DNA from: Paecilomyces variotii
Lineage: Eukaryota
Assembly (NCBI GenBank): GCA_004022145.1
Contig: RCNU01000054.1
DNA length: 12,961 nt
Direction: 5' to 3' (one strand)
The notes beneath the pieces were generated by a model, which worked only from the letters and a program-made list of their open reading frames with translations, did not search any database and was not told the DNA's origin. Within the stretch, counting starts at the first letter, position 1. Each line of letters begins with the position of its first letter. Shown here in pieces: positions 1 through 11,270 of the stretch. The position numbers and the translations under genes are program-made.

Positions 1-3000
1 ATTCTCTTTTTTCTTTTTTTTTTTTCTCTATATTTTCCTCTTTTTTATCTAATATTAGATCTATTAATAAGCTCTTATTTAAATTTTTAATCTAATATTT
101 TTTCTCTTCTCCTATAATCTTTTCTAGAAGATTATTTTTTTTTATTTTTATTTTAATCTTTTATAATTCTTTATTATAGGCTTTTAAAAAATTAGTCCTT
201 TTTGGCTAAGGGCTTTTTTTAAGATATTTCTTGCCTTTTTAATATTAGTTAGTTAGAGGCTCTTTTTAGTTTAATATTCTTTATTTCCTAATATTATAAA
301 GTCTATTAATCTATATTTTTGTTAAATATATAGCTGCTATTCTCTAATCTCTAGTATTAGAAGCTAATTCTTCTATAGCTATAAGGTCTAGTATAATTAT
401 TTAATAATTAATAAGACTTAGTCTATAGTTTTTTTAACCCTATTTCTCTATAGCTTTATAATAACCTTTATTAGCATATTTATAGTTCTTTTTTATTTAT
501 ATTTTTAATTCTTTTAGCTTATTAATAGCTAGTACTTCTTTCTTTTTTATTTCTTTTAATAGCTCTTATTAGTTTAAGAAATTATAAAAATTACTAGCTG
601 CTTTATTATACCTGCTTTAAAAATTTAAAATAATTACTGCTATATCGCTTATAAACTAAACCTTTTTTTTTTATTATTAACCTTATTTATTATCTCTTTT
701 ATAAGCTTATAAATTTTGCTAACTATAGTATATATATATATTCTAAGTTAAAGAGCTTTATCTTAATAGACAATATTTTATATTTCTAATATATTTTTTT
801 TTATTTTTAATATATATCTTTGCAGAGCAACTTTTTAAAATAATTTTAAGCGAAAAGGTATACTTAAAAGGTAAGATAGTATTAAGTTTAGCTTAATTTA
901 GTCTCTAGTTATTTTTATTATAGTATAAAAAATAAGGTTTTTATAATAAGATAAGAATTCTTTATTTATTACTTATATTTTTTATTTAATATTTTCTATT
1001 TTTGGCTTTATTTATAGACTTTTTTAAGGTATTTAAGCTAATATTATATGTTTTTTAGTTATCTCTCTTTTTCTTCTTTCTTAATTATTATTAGGTATCT
1101 TTAAATCCCTCCCCTCTTCTAAAAAAAGATACCCTTATCTTAAGTTTATTCTTCTTCTTTTCTTATTATAGCACTAATATTTATTTTATTATTATTCTTC
1201 TATTTCTTCTCCTTTTAAACTGATTTCTTACTTAATATTAAATTTACTTTATTATTAGCTTTCTGCTTCTCTCCTTCTAAGCTAATATTTTTAAAAGAAG
1301 GGTACTAGAATTATAACTATATATTCTAATCTAGATAGTATCTAGTCTATATTATTATTATTATTACTTAATTGCTAATTTTCTTATTTAAATACTATAT
1401 TATTATTTATAATTAGTATTTTATTTTAATTTTCTTATAAATAATAGTCTTTTAAATAATTCTTATAAATTAGGTCCTTAAAAGGTATACTATTTAACTC
1501 CTTAAGCTTATAAGATTCTTTCCTAAAGACTTTTTTAATCCTATATAGTTTAAGCTAATAATATACTAGTTTTATAGAGTAAGATATCTTAAGCTTTATA
1601 TTATAAAGTAGAATAAGCTATTTTTTTATTAGTTATTCTTTATAGAGCTATTTCTTATTATTAAAGACTTCTTTACTAGCTTCTCTTATATATTAGATAT
1701 AAAGTTAGGCCTCTTCTATATCTTAATCTTAGAGCTCTATTTATTATATATAAAGAAGTAGAAGATCTTCTATAGTCCTAATTTTATCCTATATTAAAGT
1801 CTTTTAAATAGGTACTTTTAGTTTAATTAGTAGTATAGCATTATATTCTATAATTATTCTAAATAGTATTAAGCTTATAAAGGTCTTAACTATATTCCTA
1901 TCTGCCTAGATTATTGCTAATAAATAGTTTACTTAATTTATCCCTATTCTTTTTATAAGTTTTCTAATACTATATATAAAAGACTTATATATAATTTTAA
2001 TTACTTTATTTGCTTATAGGTTATATAATAAGATTTTAATATAGTTAATCTTATACTTCTGTACTAATATATTAATTATAGCTTTATTCTTTAATCTTTT
2101 ATTATTAATAAGAGTCTCTATTACTCCCTAATAATAAATCTAGTTTTTTTACAGGAATTTAGCAATAGCTCTTAAAATAGGGCTATTAAAGGCTTTATAT
2201 TTAACTTAGCTAAAGTTATTCTAAAATATAGTAATATAAGTCTTTCTTTTACTAGGTGGTATAATCTTACAGATATTTAGATATAGCTTTAATCTCCCTA
2301 GTAGAATAAATATTAATTATAAAGCTTCTTCTATATATTCTTTATCTGCTTTCTAATATTTATTATATATCTTTATCTATCTAGTAATATACTTATATAG
2401 GCCTTTTTATTAATATCGATTAGCTATTTTTTAGTAAATTGCTTTATACTTATAATACCTATATTCTTTATAAAGAGTTATAAGAATTTTTTTTACTTTT
2501 TTTTATTGTCAATAACTATATAGTAAGGCTAATTTTATTATACTCTTTAAAAAAGTATATTATCTTAGATTATATACTTTAAGGCCTTTTTCTTAAACTT
2601 AACGTATTATTCTCTATTTATATTATCTAGTTTTATTATAGTTTATAACTATTCTGTAATTAATAAAGACTTTTTTAACTAATACAATATAAGTATTAAC
2701 TAAGGGATATTATCTAATTCTACTTCTTATATGCTAGTATAATAGACTATATAAAACTATAAGTCTAGGAATTTTTTTATATTATTATCTTCCGCCTCTT
2801 TTAAGTCTTACTTTATTATTAGTTTTTAAAATAATCTATTTATAATTAAATTCTTTTTCCCGGATATATAGATAATATTAAAATTAAATAGCTAAATTTA
2901 AGTAATTTATTAAGCAATTACTAACTTAGGGAGGTTTATAGCTATTTTATTTAATTACGCTATTAGAGTTTTTATATCTATTTCTAGTTAAAAGTATATA

Positions 3001-3372
3001 CTGTATAGGTATACTTAAAATTTATAAAGCGCCTTTAGCACTACTCTGTATTCTAGCTTTCCTTTATTATATTATCTTTTTATTTATATCTATACTCTAC
3101 TTTTATATCTAGCTAGGTATCTCTTATTAAACTCTTTTTTTTCTTAAGTAAGTTAAGCCCTCTATCTGCTGCTACTAGTATTAGTATTAATAATAATTAT
3201 ACCTCCCTTTTTATAGTTAATCGGCTTAAGTACTAGTACTATTATTAGGGCTACTTTTAAGATATTTATTATTTTTTATTATTTTGGCCCTTAAAAGAAG
3301 TCTTATCCCTTTCTTAATATTAAGTATATTGGCTTAGCTTTAGTAATATATTCTTTAATCTATATCTAGTAA

Positions 3373-3702
3373 TATAGTAGGGAGAATCGGTATAAAGAAT
3401 ATAATTAGTTAAGAGATTATATGCTTTTACTTAAAGTCTTTAAAAGGTCTATAAGCAAAGCAGGAGAAGAGGGGGGATAAGACCCTTTCAGTTATTCAGA
3501 ATAAAATAATTAGCTTTTCTTTTCTATTATTATTTAGTATTAGTTTAGTATTAGATTATTATTAGTTTACTATATTAATTTATAGCTAGAGCTTTTTCTC
3601 TAGCTCTACTCTAAGCTCTAAAGCCAAATACTCTTCTCTTTCTTCTTAATACCTACTCGCTTAAAGACTCTATGCTAAGTCTTAATACATCTTCCCACAA
3701 CA
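3373..3702 (+). mobile_element. Solo LTR (330 bp) of the same Gypsy family, inserted antisense in the RT of copy A
   Basis: Starts TATAGTAGGG (RIP of TG...) and ends CTTCCCACAACA. Flanked by GTAA at 3369-3372 and 3703-3706. The homologous site in copy B is empty (single TTAC at 9314-9317). Reverse-complement homologue of 8357-8695. Confidence 0.92.
3450..3505 (+). promoter_or_regulatory. Possible LTR TATA box (3450-3455) and polyadenylation signal AATAAA (3500-3505)
   Basis: TATAAG here and TATAAATA in the other LTR copy, followed ~50 bp later by AATAAA, the usual LTR order. Weak evidence because such motifs arise by chance in RIP DNA. Confidence 0.35.
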
Positions 3703-5588
3703 GTAATAGGCTATAACTCTTAGAAATTTTCTTACTTTTTATAGGTTCTGATAAGATAGCTATTCTAAGATTTTAATTACCTTAGCTAACTTAAGATATC
3801 TCCCCTTAGTATTATATATATAGCCTACTATTTTAATTCCTAGTATTATAAATTATAATTTCTCCCTAGTAATTATTAAACCTATAAGTTTAAGACTATA
3901 TAATACCTTATTAATATTCTAGATATATTTAAATATAAACCTTCTAATTCCTAGCAGCGTCTCTTCCCCCCTATAATTAGTCTTAAGTCCTTATATTAGT
4001 ATATTATCTAGAAATATATTATAGATATTAAGAATATTATCTGCTAATATTTTTATAACTCTTTATATAAACTCCTATACTATATTTATCTATTCTTAGA
4101 ATAATCTAGCTTAATAAACTAAACTAATCTCTAATATATAGAAAACTATTAAATCCTATAATTTCTCAGCTAACTCTAATTAATTATACTTAAAGAATAA
4201 GTTTATAAGTATTAATACTAGTATTTTACTAAACTCTTCTAAGAACTTATTAATTAAAGGGGGTAAATTAATATCTTATATTATTACTTAATTAACTTCT
4301 ATAGCTGTATTAATTAGCTAATATTTATTATTTTTCTTTTTTATTAGGAACTACAGATTTTAATAGGGTCTTTAACTATATTTAAGAATCTCTATATTTA
4401 TTCTCTCTTTTATTATTCCTTATATTATATTATAGAGTATCTTTAGTATTAAGAAGCTCTTTATTTGCTATAATTTATAATCTATAGTCTAAATAATAAT
4501 TAGAGATATAATTTCTGGGCATATTTATTTAATCTCTTTAAAAATTTAAATAAGGACTATTTTTTAGGTAAAAAGTATCTCTATTAATAATTCTTTCTCT
4601 TTTAGCTATAAATTATTACTTATAATAAGGTTCTTTAGATAGTTTAATATTAATCTTATTTTTCTCTTAATATCTAATATCTTTAGCTAAATATATTTAG
4701 TAAATCCTTTATATATTTTTTTTATATTTCTTTAAGAGTTCTTATAATAGCACTCCCTAATAACTTCTTTTTATTCTAATAATTCCCCTAAAGCTATTAT
4801 AGATCTGTTTAATATATTTATTAGATAAACCTTTTTATATTTCTTCTTATACTATATATTAATAGAATATTTTATTTTTATAGTAAAAAAGTTATACCTT
4901 CTAGATAATTTATACCCCTATAATTTTCTAACTCCTTTATTTAATTTAGTAGGTTTAAATATTCCTATCTCTTTATTTTTAATTTCCTTGCTTACTCTAA
5001 AACTAATATTATTTATTAAATATAGCTTCTATAAGCTTTCTCTATTCTTAGTCTAATATTTATTATTTCTTTCTAGCTTTAATTTAATAATTCTTATACT
5101 TAGGATAATAGATTATATAATATCTCTTCTCTTAACTTATTTCTTAAGTTATTTATTAAAAATATTTAAATAATAGCTTAATTCTTTTAGTTTATAGAGT
5201 AAATTATATTCTCTATTATCTTATTTAATAGAGTAATATATTATAAATATATTTAATACTTAAAAGGCTGTCCCAGAATATAATTATAGTTAATCTTATT
5301 ATTTATTATAAAGAAAGAGATCTTATAATAAAAAGATCTTATCTATATAGATATCTCTTTATAGAGACCTATAAAAGAGGTCTACCTGCTATCTGCTAAT
5401 ATTATATTATCTCTAAATTTTTAGCTTATAATAAGTTTATAGTAATTTACTATATCTCTATATATTATATTAATTTTAGCTCTACTATCTATTATAATAT
5501 TTTATACTTCTTTATAACTATTAATTCTAATTAGTAACTTTAGAATTGCGGCTATATATAATACCTTATCTTTATTAAAAGGCTTAAA

Positions 5589-6083
5589 TAGAGTAATTAT
5601 ATAGGCGGTTCGGTTTAGTTTAGGGGGGGGGTTAAACTGCCTATAGCAGTTTTTGGTTCGGGGCAGATAAACTATACTTAAACTAAACTATATACTAGTA
5701 GTTCAGTTTAAAACTAAAAAAACCGGATTAGCATAATTAGTTACTAACCTAAGTTAGATCCGGTTATATAACTATGCTCTAGCTATATTAGGATAAATAA
5801 GCGAAAATTACAATACCGTAATTTACCGATTTCTAATATATTTTTATTATATATACTAAATACTATAGTAATTTTATACCTCCGATATAAGTATCGATAA
5901 ATTACATAGTGTAATTTAAATACGAGGTTAAAATTACGGTTTAAATGGTTTAAACTAAAAACCACCAGTTCGGTTCAGTTCTAGTAGACTTATACCGCGG
6001 TTTACTAAGAAGCAAACTAAACTAAACTATAGGCGGTTTAGTTCGGTTCGGTTCGGTTTTTTCGGTTTACTATAACTACTCTA
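5589..6083. mobile_element. Non-autonomous hAT-like DNA transposon / MITE (495 bp)
   Basis: TIRs TAGAGTAATTATA (5589-5601) and TATAACTACTCTA (6071-6083) match at 12/13. Perfect 8-bp direct repeat GGCTTAAA at 5581-5588 and 6084-6091. Subterminal GGTTC/GGTTT/AAACT pentamer arrays at both ends. An 8-bp TSD, short TIRs and subterminal repeats are hAT hallmarks. Confidence 0.88.
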
Positions 6084-6299
6084 GGCTTAAATTATAAGAA
6101 TATATAAATATACTAATCTGCGCTATTTACTATATATTCTATATTTAATATAGAGGCATTAAACTATACTCCTTTAATATTATAGAATATTACCTTTATT
6201 ATTACCTGCTGCAATTGCAAGATAAATAAGGCCTTATATAAATTAAGAGATAGACTAATAAGGTCCTAAATTAATATTTAAACTCTAGTATCTAATATC

Positions 6300-8200
6300 T
6301 AGTTTATAACCCCTATTATATTAGTAGTCTCTTTTAGCTTATTTATAATTTTAAACCTCTTTAACTTTTATTTCTCTTAAGTCTTTTATTTTAATAATCT
6401 TTTTATCCTTACTCTGCTTAAGCATATTCTTTATTTCCTCTTTAATTATCCTTACTTTCTTAGTTATACTTAAAGGCTAATAATTGCTAAATTAGTTTAT
6501 CTTAATTAAAGAAAATCTCTATTCTTATTTAATTACTTTCTATAGTTTTTTTTTATATAATTATTTAGTCCTGCTTTATCTTTTTTTTATTCCTTAGAGC
6601 TTATCTAATTCTATTATATTAATAAAGTAGTAATTTTTTATAATATCCTTAGCTTCTTTTTTAGAGCTTAAGTTATTCTTAGGCTATCTTAGCATAATCG
6701 ACTAGATATTATACTTAATTAAGCTAATATTCCTTTACTCTTCCTTTAGTCTTTATTTAATAATCTCCTTTTACGATATATTCCCTTATATAAGATAAAT
6801 AACTTCTCTATTCTATTCTTCCGGCCCAAAGTAAAGTTTATAGTCTTCTCCTTATTACTTAATAGATAAGCTTCTGATTTAAGAGGCTTTTTAAATCTAG
6901 ATAATAAGATTAAATATAATTAGAAGCCTAATAGAAGTTATATAAGTTTAGAAATATTTTAGATTCTTTAGTTAGGTTAAATCCTAAAGGCGCTCTGGCT
7001 TATATATTTATACTAGTATTAAGTATACTATTATTAGGCCTCCCTATATATTATATACTATATAGTTTTAACTTCTTAAACTCTTTTATTAATTAATTAA
7101 TCTATAACTGCTTTATTAACTTTATTTTAATACTCTATTATTTAGTCTTATTTTTATTCTTATCTAGGTAAATTCTATTAAGTTTAATAAGAAGTTATAT
7201 ATTATTTTCTTTAATTATCTTCTCCTTTATTAAAGCTGCTATATCTTAATCTTTCTCTAGTTTACTGCTGTTAAAGTAGTAAAGGGTTTTAATTATTCTT
7301 ACCCTATCTATTATTTCTTTATAGAAATTAATATATTTAATAATAAATAAAGTATAATAATCTATATTTAATTCTTAAACTATCTGCTGCTTAAGCTTCT
7401 TTAAAAGTCTTTAAAAATATTAAACTTCTTATAAGTATTAGCTTAACTTATTTAAAGTTACTAGCGCTTTTAATATAGCTTAATATTCTTAGTTATATTT
7501 TTTTAAATTCTTAGAGCTATTATATTTTATATTTTTAAATCTTTTTAGCTATTAAATATTATATTTCCTTTAATATTTATTATAATAAGTATATTCTTAT
7601 TTAATTGCTTCTGCTAATTTTAAGTAATTCTTTTTTTTATATTTAGATTAAGTATTTATCTATAATAATATTAATAGGCTATAATAATTTATAAATTATT
7701 TAGTTTTTTCTTTTTTTAAGAGTTAATTTGCCTTATATAGCCTTTTAAAAAGCCTTAGATAATAAGTAATATTATCCCCTTTAAAATATAGTGCCCTAGG
7801 ATTTTTAAGTATTAGTATTTATAGAGCTAATATAACCTAGATTAACTATATTATTAGTAGTCTTATATTTTTAAATACCTAAGCTATTTATATCTCTAGA
7901 CCTAATAATATTAAAGAGTTAAGGGTCTTTCTATTTTAACTAATGCTAAAAAGATTAATATTTTTTTTTATATTTTTTTAAAGGAATAGTAATAAAGATA
8001 ATAATAAGAAATTTTTTTACTTTTTAATAAATAGTTCTTATTTAATAATTTTTTATTCCTTTTAAATTTCTGCTTCTCTTTTATATTTATTAAGCTCTTT
8101 CTTATATTTAGTAGTCCTTTCTTTCTCTTATTATTAATATATATTTTTATCTTATATTATATTTGCTATCTCTACTAATTTAAGAGATATATTTATTTTT
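6300..8200 (-). pseudogene. gag: gag pseudogene (RIP-degraded; ends approximate)
   Basis: 7800->7741 translates PRALYFKGDNITYYLRLFKR (de-RIP approx. PGAPYFEGDNVTHYLRLFER, typical of fungal Gypsy Gag N-termini). 6942->6901 reads tat aac ttc tat tag gct tct aat tat att taa tct tat tat, which has exact C-X2-C-X4-H-X4-C zinc-knuckle spacing after de-RIP. Confidence 0.8.
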
Positions 8201-8338
8201 TTTTATTTATAGTAATAATCTTCCTTAATTATTTTATTTATCTTTTTATTACTTTTTATCTCTTTTTTTAGTTTTAGCCTTAACCTTAGCTTTTAGTTTT
8301 TTTTTCTCCCTTATTTCTGCTTAATATTTTAATACCCC

Positions 8339-8356
8339 TTATATTTAGCTCTAATT
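8339..8356 (-). promoter_or_regulatory. Putative degraded primer-binding site
   Basis: The minus strand reads AAT-TAGAGCTAAATAT immediately after the LTR, compatible with a RIP-mutated TGGAGC... (complement of a tRNA CCA end). Position is right; tRNA identity cannot be assigned. Confidence 0.4.
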
Positions 8357-8695
8357 TATTATAGGAAGATATATTAAGATTTAATATAAAGTCTTTAAGC
8401 GAGTAGGTATTAAAAAAAAAGAAAAAGATATTTAGCTTTAGAGCTTAAAGTAAAGCTAGAGAAGAAGCTCTAGCTGTAAACTAATATAATAAACTAATAA
8501 TAATCTAATACTAAACTAATACTAAATAATAATAAAAAAGAAAAGCTAATTATTTTATTTTAAATAATTAAAAGGTATTATCTCCTTTTTACTCTTACTT
8601 TCTCCTGCTTTATTTATAGACTTTTTAAAGACTTTAAGTAAAAGCATATAACCTCTTAACTAATTACATTCTTTACGCCGATTCTCCCTATTACA
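8357..8695 (-). repeat. 5' LTR of copy A (339 bp)
   Basis: On the minus strand it starts TGTAATAGGGAGAATCGG and ends CTTCCTATAATA (RIP form of CTTCCCACAACA). It is collinear with 3373-3702 apart from a ~9-bp indel, and lies directly upstream of gag in the sense orientation. Confidence 0.85.
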
Positions 8696-11270
8696 ATATT
8701 AGCTAATTAATATAGTTATAGAAATTAATTAAGTAATAATATAAAATATTAATCTACTTTCTTTAACTAATAAGTTCTTAGAAGAGTTTAGTAGAATATT
8801 AATATTAACGCTTATAGACTTATTCTCTAGGTATAATTAATTAGAATTAGCTAAAGAATTATAGGACTTAATAGCTTTCTATATATTAAAGATTAGTTTA
8901 GTTTATTAAGCTAGACTACTCTAAGGATAGATAAATATAGTATAGGAGTTTATATAAGAAGTTATAAGAATATTAGCAGATAATATTCTTAATATCTATA
9001 ATATATTTTTAAATAATATATTAATACAAAGATTTAAGACTAATTATAAGGGAGAAGAGATATTACTAGGAATTAAAAGGTTTATATTTAAATATATCTA
9101 GAATATTAATAAGATACTATATAGTCTTAAACTTATAAGTTTAATAATTATTAGAGAGAAATTATAATTTGCAATATTAAGAATTAAAATAATAGGCTAT
9201 ATATATAATACTAAAGGGAGATATTTTAAGTTAGCTAAAATAATTAAAATCTTAAAATAGCTATTTTATTAGAACTTATAAAAAGCAAGAAAATTTCTAA
9301 GGATTATAGCCTATTACTAAATATAGATTAAAGAATATATTATTAAAGCTAAGCTAATATACTTAATATTAAAGAAAAGATAAGACTTCTTTTAAGGACT
9401 AGAATAATAAGAAGTAATAAATATTTTAAAAGTAGCCCTAATAATAGTACTAATATTTAAGCTAATTAATTATAAAGAGAAAGATATAATTATTATTAAT
9501 ATTAATACTAATAATAATAGATAAGGGGCTTAACTTACTTAAGAAAAAAAAGAGTCTAATAAGAGATACTTAGCTAAATATAAAAAATTAAAAATAGAGT
9601 ATAAATATAAGTAAAGAGGCGATATAATAAAAAAAAGCTAAAATATAAGATAGTATTAAAAATATTTTATAAATTCTAAGTATATCTATATAATATATAC
9701 TTTTAACTAGAGGTAGATATAAAAACTCTAATAATACAATTAAATAAAATAGCTATAAATCTCTCTAAATTAATAATTACTTAATAAATTACTTAAATTT
9801 AGCTATTTAACTTTAATATTATCTATATATTAAGGAAAAAAAACTTAATTATAAATAGATTATCTTAGAAGCTAATAATAAAGCAAGACTTAGAAGAGGT
9901 AGAAGATAATAATATAGAGAAATTCCTAGATCTATAGTTTTATATAGTCTATTATATTAATATATAAGAGATAGAATTAAATAATATTCTTTAATTAATA
10001 CCTATATTATATTAATTAGAAAAGTTTTTATTAATTATAAAATAGCTATAAACTATAATAAAACTAGATAATATAGATAAAGGACAGTATACTAAGTTTA
10101 AAAAAGAGGCCCTAAAATATATAGTTTAAGATAATATGCTTTTTTAGAAAATATAATAAAATTAGCCTTACTATATAGTTATTAACAATAAAAAAAAATA
10201 AAAAGAAATTCTTACAGCCCTTTATAAAGAGTATAGATATTATAAGTATAAAATAATTTATTAAAAGATAGCTGATTAATATTAATAAAAAGGCCTATAT
10301 AAATATATTATTAAATAGATAAAGATATATAATAAATACTAAAAAGCAAATAAAAAATATATAGAAAAAGCTTTATAGTTAATATTTATTTTATTAAGAA
10401 AATTAAAGCTATACCTAGATATCTATAAGATTATACCGCCTAATAAAAAAAGGATTTATATTACTATACTTTAAGATAACTTTAGCTAAATTAAATATAG
10501 AGCCTTTAGCAGCCCTACTTTAAGAGCTATTACTAAATTTCTATAAAAAAACTAGATTTATTAATAAGGAATAATAGAGACTCTTATTAATAATAAAGGA
10601 TTAGAGAATAAAATTATAGTTAATATATTAATATAAAAGTATAAGATTAACTATATTAAAGTCTTACTATATAACCTATAAGTAAATAGAGTAGTTAAAA
10701 TTATATATAAATCTTTTATATATAATATTAAAAAATTTATAAAAGGAATAGGGATAAATTAAATAAATTATTTATTAGCAATAATCTAGATAAATAAAAA
10801 TATAATTAAAATCTCTATAGGCTTAATACTATTTAGAGTAATTATAAGATATAATGCTGTACTGCTAATTAAACTAAAAATACCTATTTAAAAGATTTTA
10901 ATATAAGATAAAGTTAGGATTATAAAAGATCTTCTATTCTTTTATATATAATAAATAGAGCTCTAAGATTAAGATATAGAAGAGGCCTAATTTTATATTT
11001 AATATATAAGAAAAGCTAATAAGAAAGTCTTTAATAATAAAAAATAGCTTTGCAAAAAATAATTAATAAAAGAATAGCTTATTCTGCTTTATAATATAAA
11101 GCTTAAGATATCTTATTCTATAAAATTAGTATATTATTAGCTTAGACTATATAAAATTAAAAAAATCTTTAGAAAAGAATCTTATAAGCTTAAGGAGTTA
11201 AATAATATATCTTTTAAAGACCTAATTTATAAGAATTATTTAAAAGATTATTATTTATAAAAGGATTAAA
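8696..11270 (+). pseudogene. pol: pol pseudogene of copy B (RT, RNase H, integrase)
   Basis: RLL*G*IN (=RLPQGWTN) ~8913-8936; FLNN (=FLDD) 9006-9017; LLGIKRF ~9063-9083; integrase HHCC-like stretch ~10220-10345; NNKGLENK (=SDGGPENK) ~10590; YNL*VNRVVK (=YNPQANGVVE) ~10670-10700; *LRLYKI (=WLGPYKI, GPY/F motif) 11138-11158. Confidence 0.9.

Larger units (their letters stand above)
1..4324. repeat. Left arm of ~4-kb inverted repeat (pairs with 8696-12714)
   Basis: Position 1 pairs with 12714, e.g. 46-78 TATCTAATATTAGATCTATTAATAAGCTCTTAT is the exact reverse complement of ~12636-12668. Collinearity was checked by eye at ~1260-1400, ~3240-3372, ~3703-4324. Confidence 0.95.
1450..5580 (-). pseudogene. 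pol: pol pseudogene of copy A (protease, RT, RNase H, integrase), interrupted by solo LTR
   Basis: Protease: DSRAKIN (=DSGAEIN) 5489-5469 and ILGQPF 5279-5262. RT: FLDN (=FLDD) 4014-4003 and EETLLGIRRF (=EETLPGIRRF) 3966-3937. RNase H: VLKPINY...TNTSSSR*RA (=TDASGGGWGA)...KRYLARYKSRV* (=KRHPARYESGVW) ~3240-3090. Integrase HHCC, core and GPY/F regions are collinear with copy B. Confidence 0.9.
1..8695 (-). mobile_element. Ty3/Gypsy LTR retrotransposon relic, copy A (5' LTR, gag, PR, RT, RH, IN, 3' region; 3' LTR outside window)
   Basis: Minus-strand order: LTR 8695-8357, gag motifs 7800-7741 and 6942-6901, protease 5489-5262, RT ~4400-3300, RNase H ~3270-2830, integrase ~2600-1450. The PR-RT-RH-IN order is diagnostic of Ty3/Gypsy. 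Confidence 0.92.

Noticed and set aside
1350..1366. (ATT)n microsatellite and the many poly-A/T and (TA)n runs
   Set aside because: Expected by-products of RIP on coding or low-complexity sequence (mirrored at ~11330-11346); not an independent feature.
5783..5965. 60-aa minus-strand ORF from the ORF track
   Set aside because: Lies wholly within the non-coding MITE centre, is composed of AT-rich codons (I, Y, N, F, L, K) and has no recognisable motif. It is probably open only because this insert has fewer RIP-generated stops.
5604..6068. GGTTC/GGTTTA/TTAGGG-like repeats as telomeric repeats or a CRISPR array
   Set aside because: Units are degenerate pentamers in both orientations bounded by TIRs and a TSD. 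There is no TTAGGG tandem array and no repeat-spacer periodicity.
6092..8350. Initially considered a separate DNA transposon (pogo/Fot1-like) between the inverted arms
   Set aside because: It contains the Gag PGAPYF-like motif and CCHC knuckle, and runs collinearly into the protease once the MITE is removed, so it is the gag region of copy A.
8357..8695. Second solo LTR
   Set aside because: Flanks differ (AATT vs ATAT, no TSD) and it sits in sense orientation directly upstream of a PBS-like site and gag, so it is better explained as copy A's 5' LTR.
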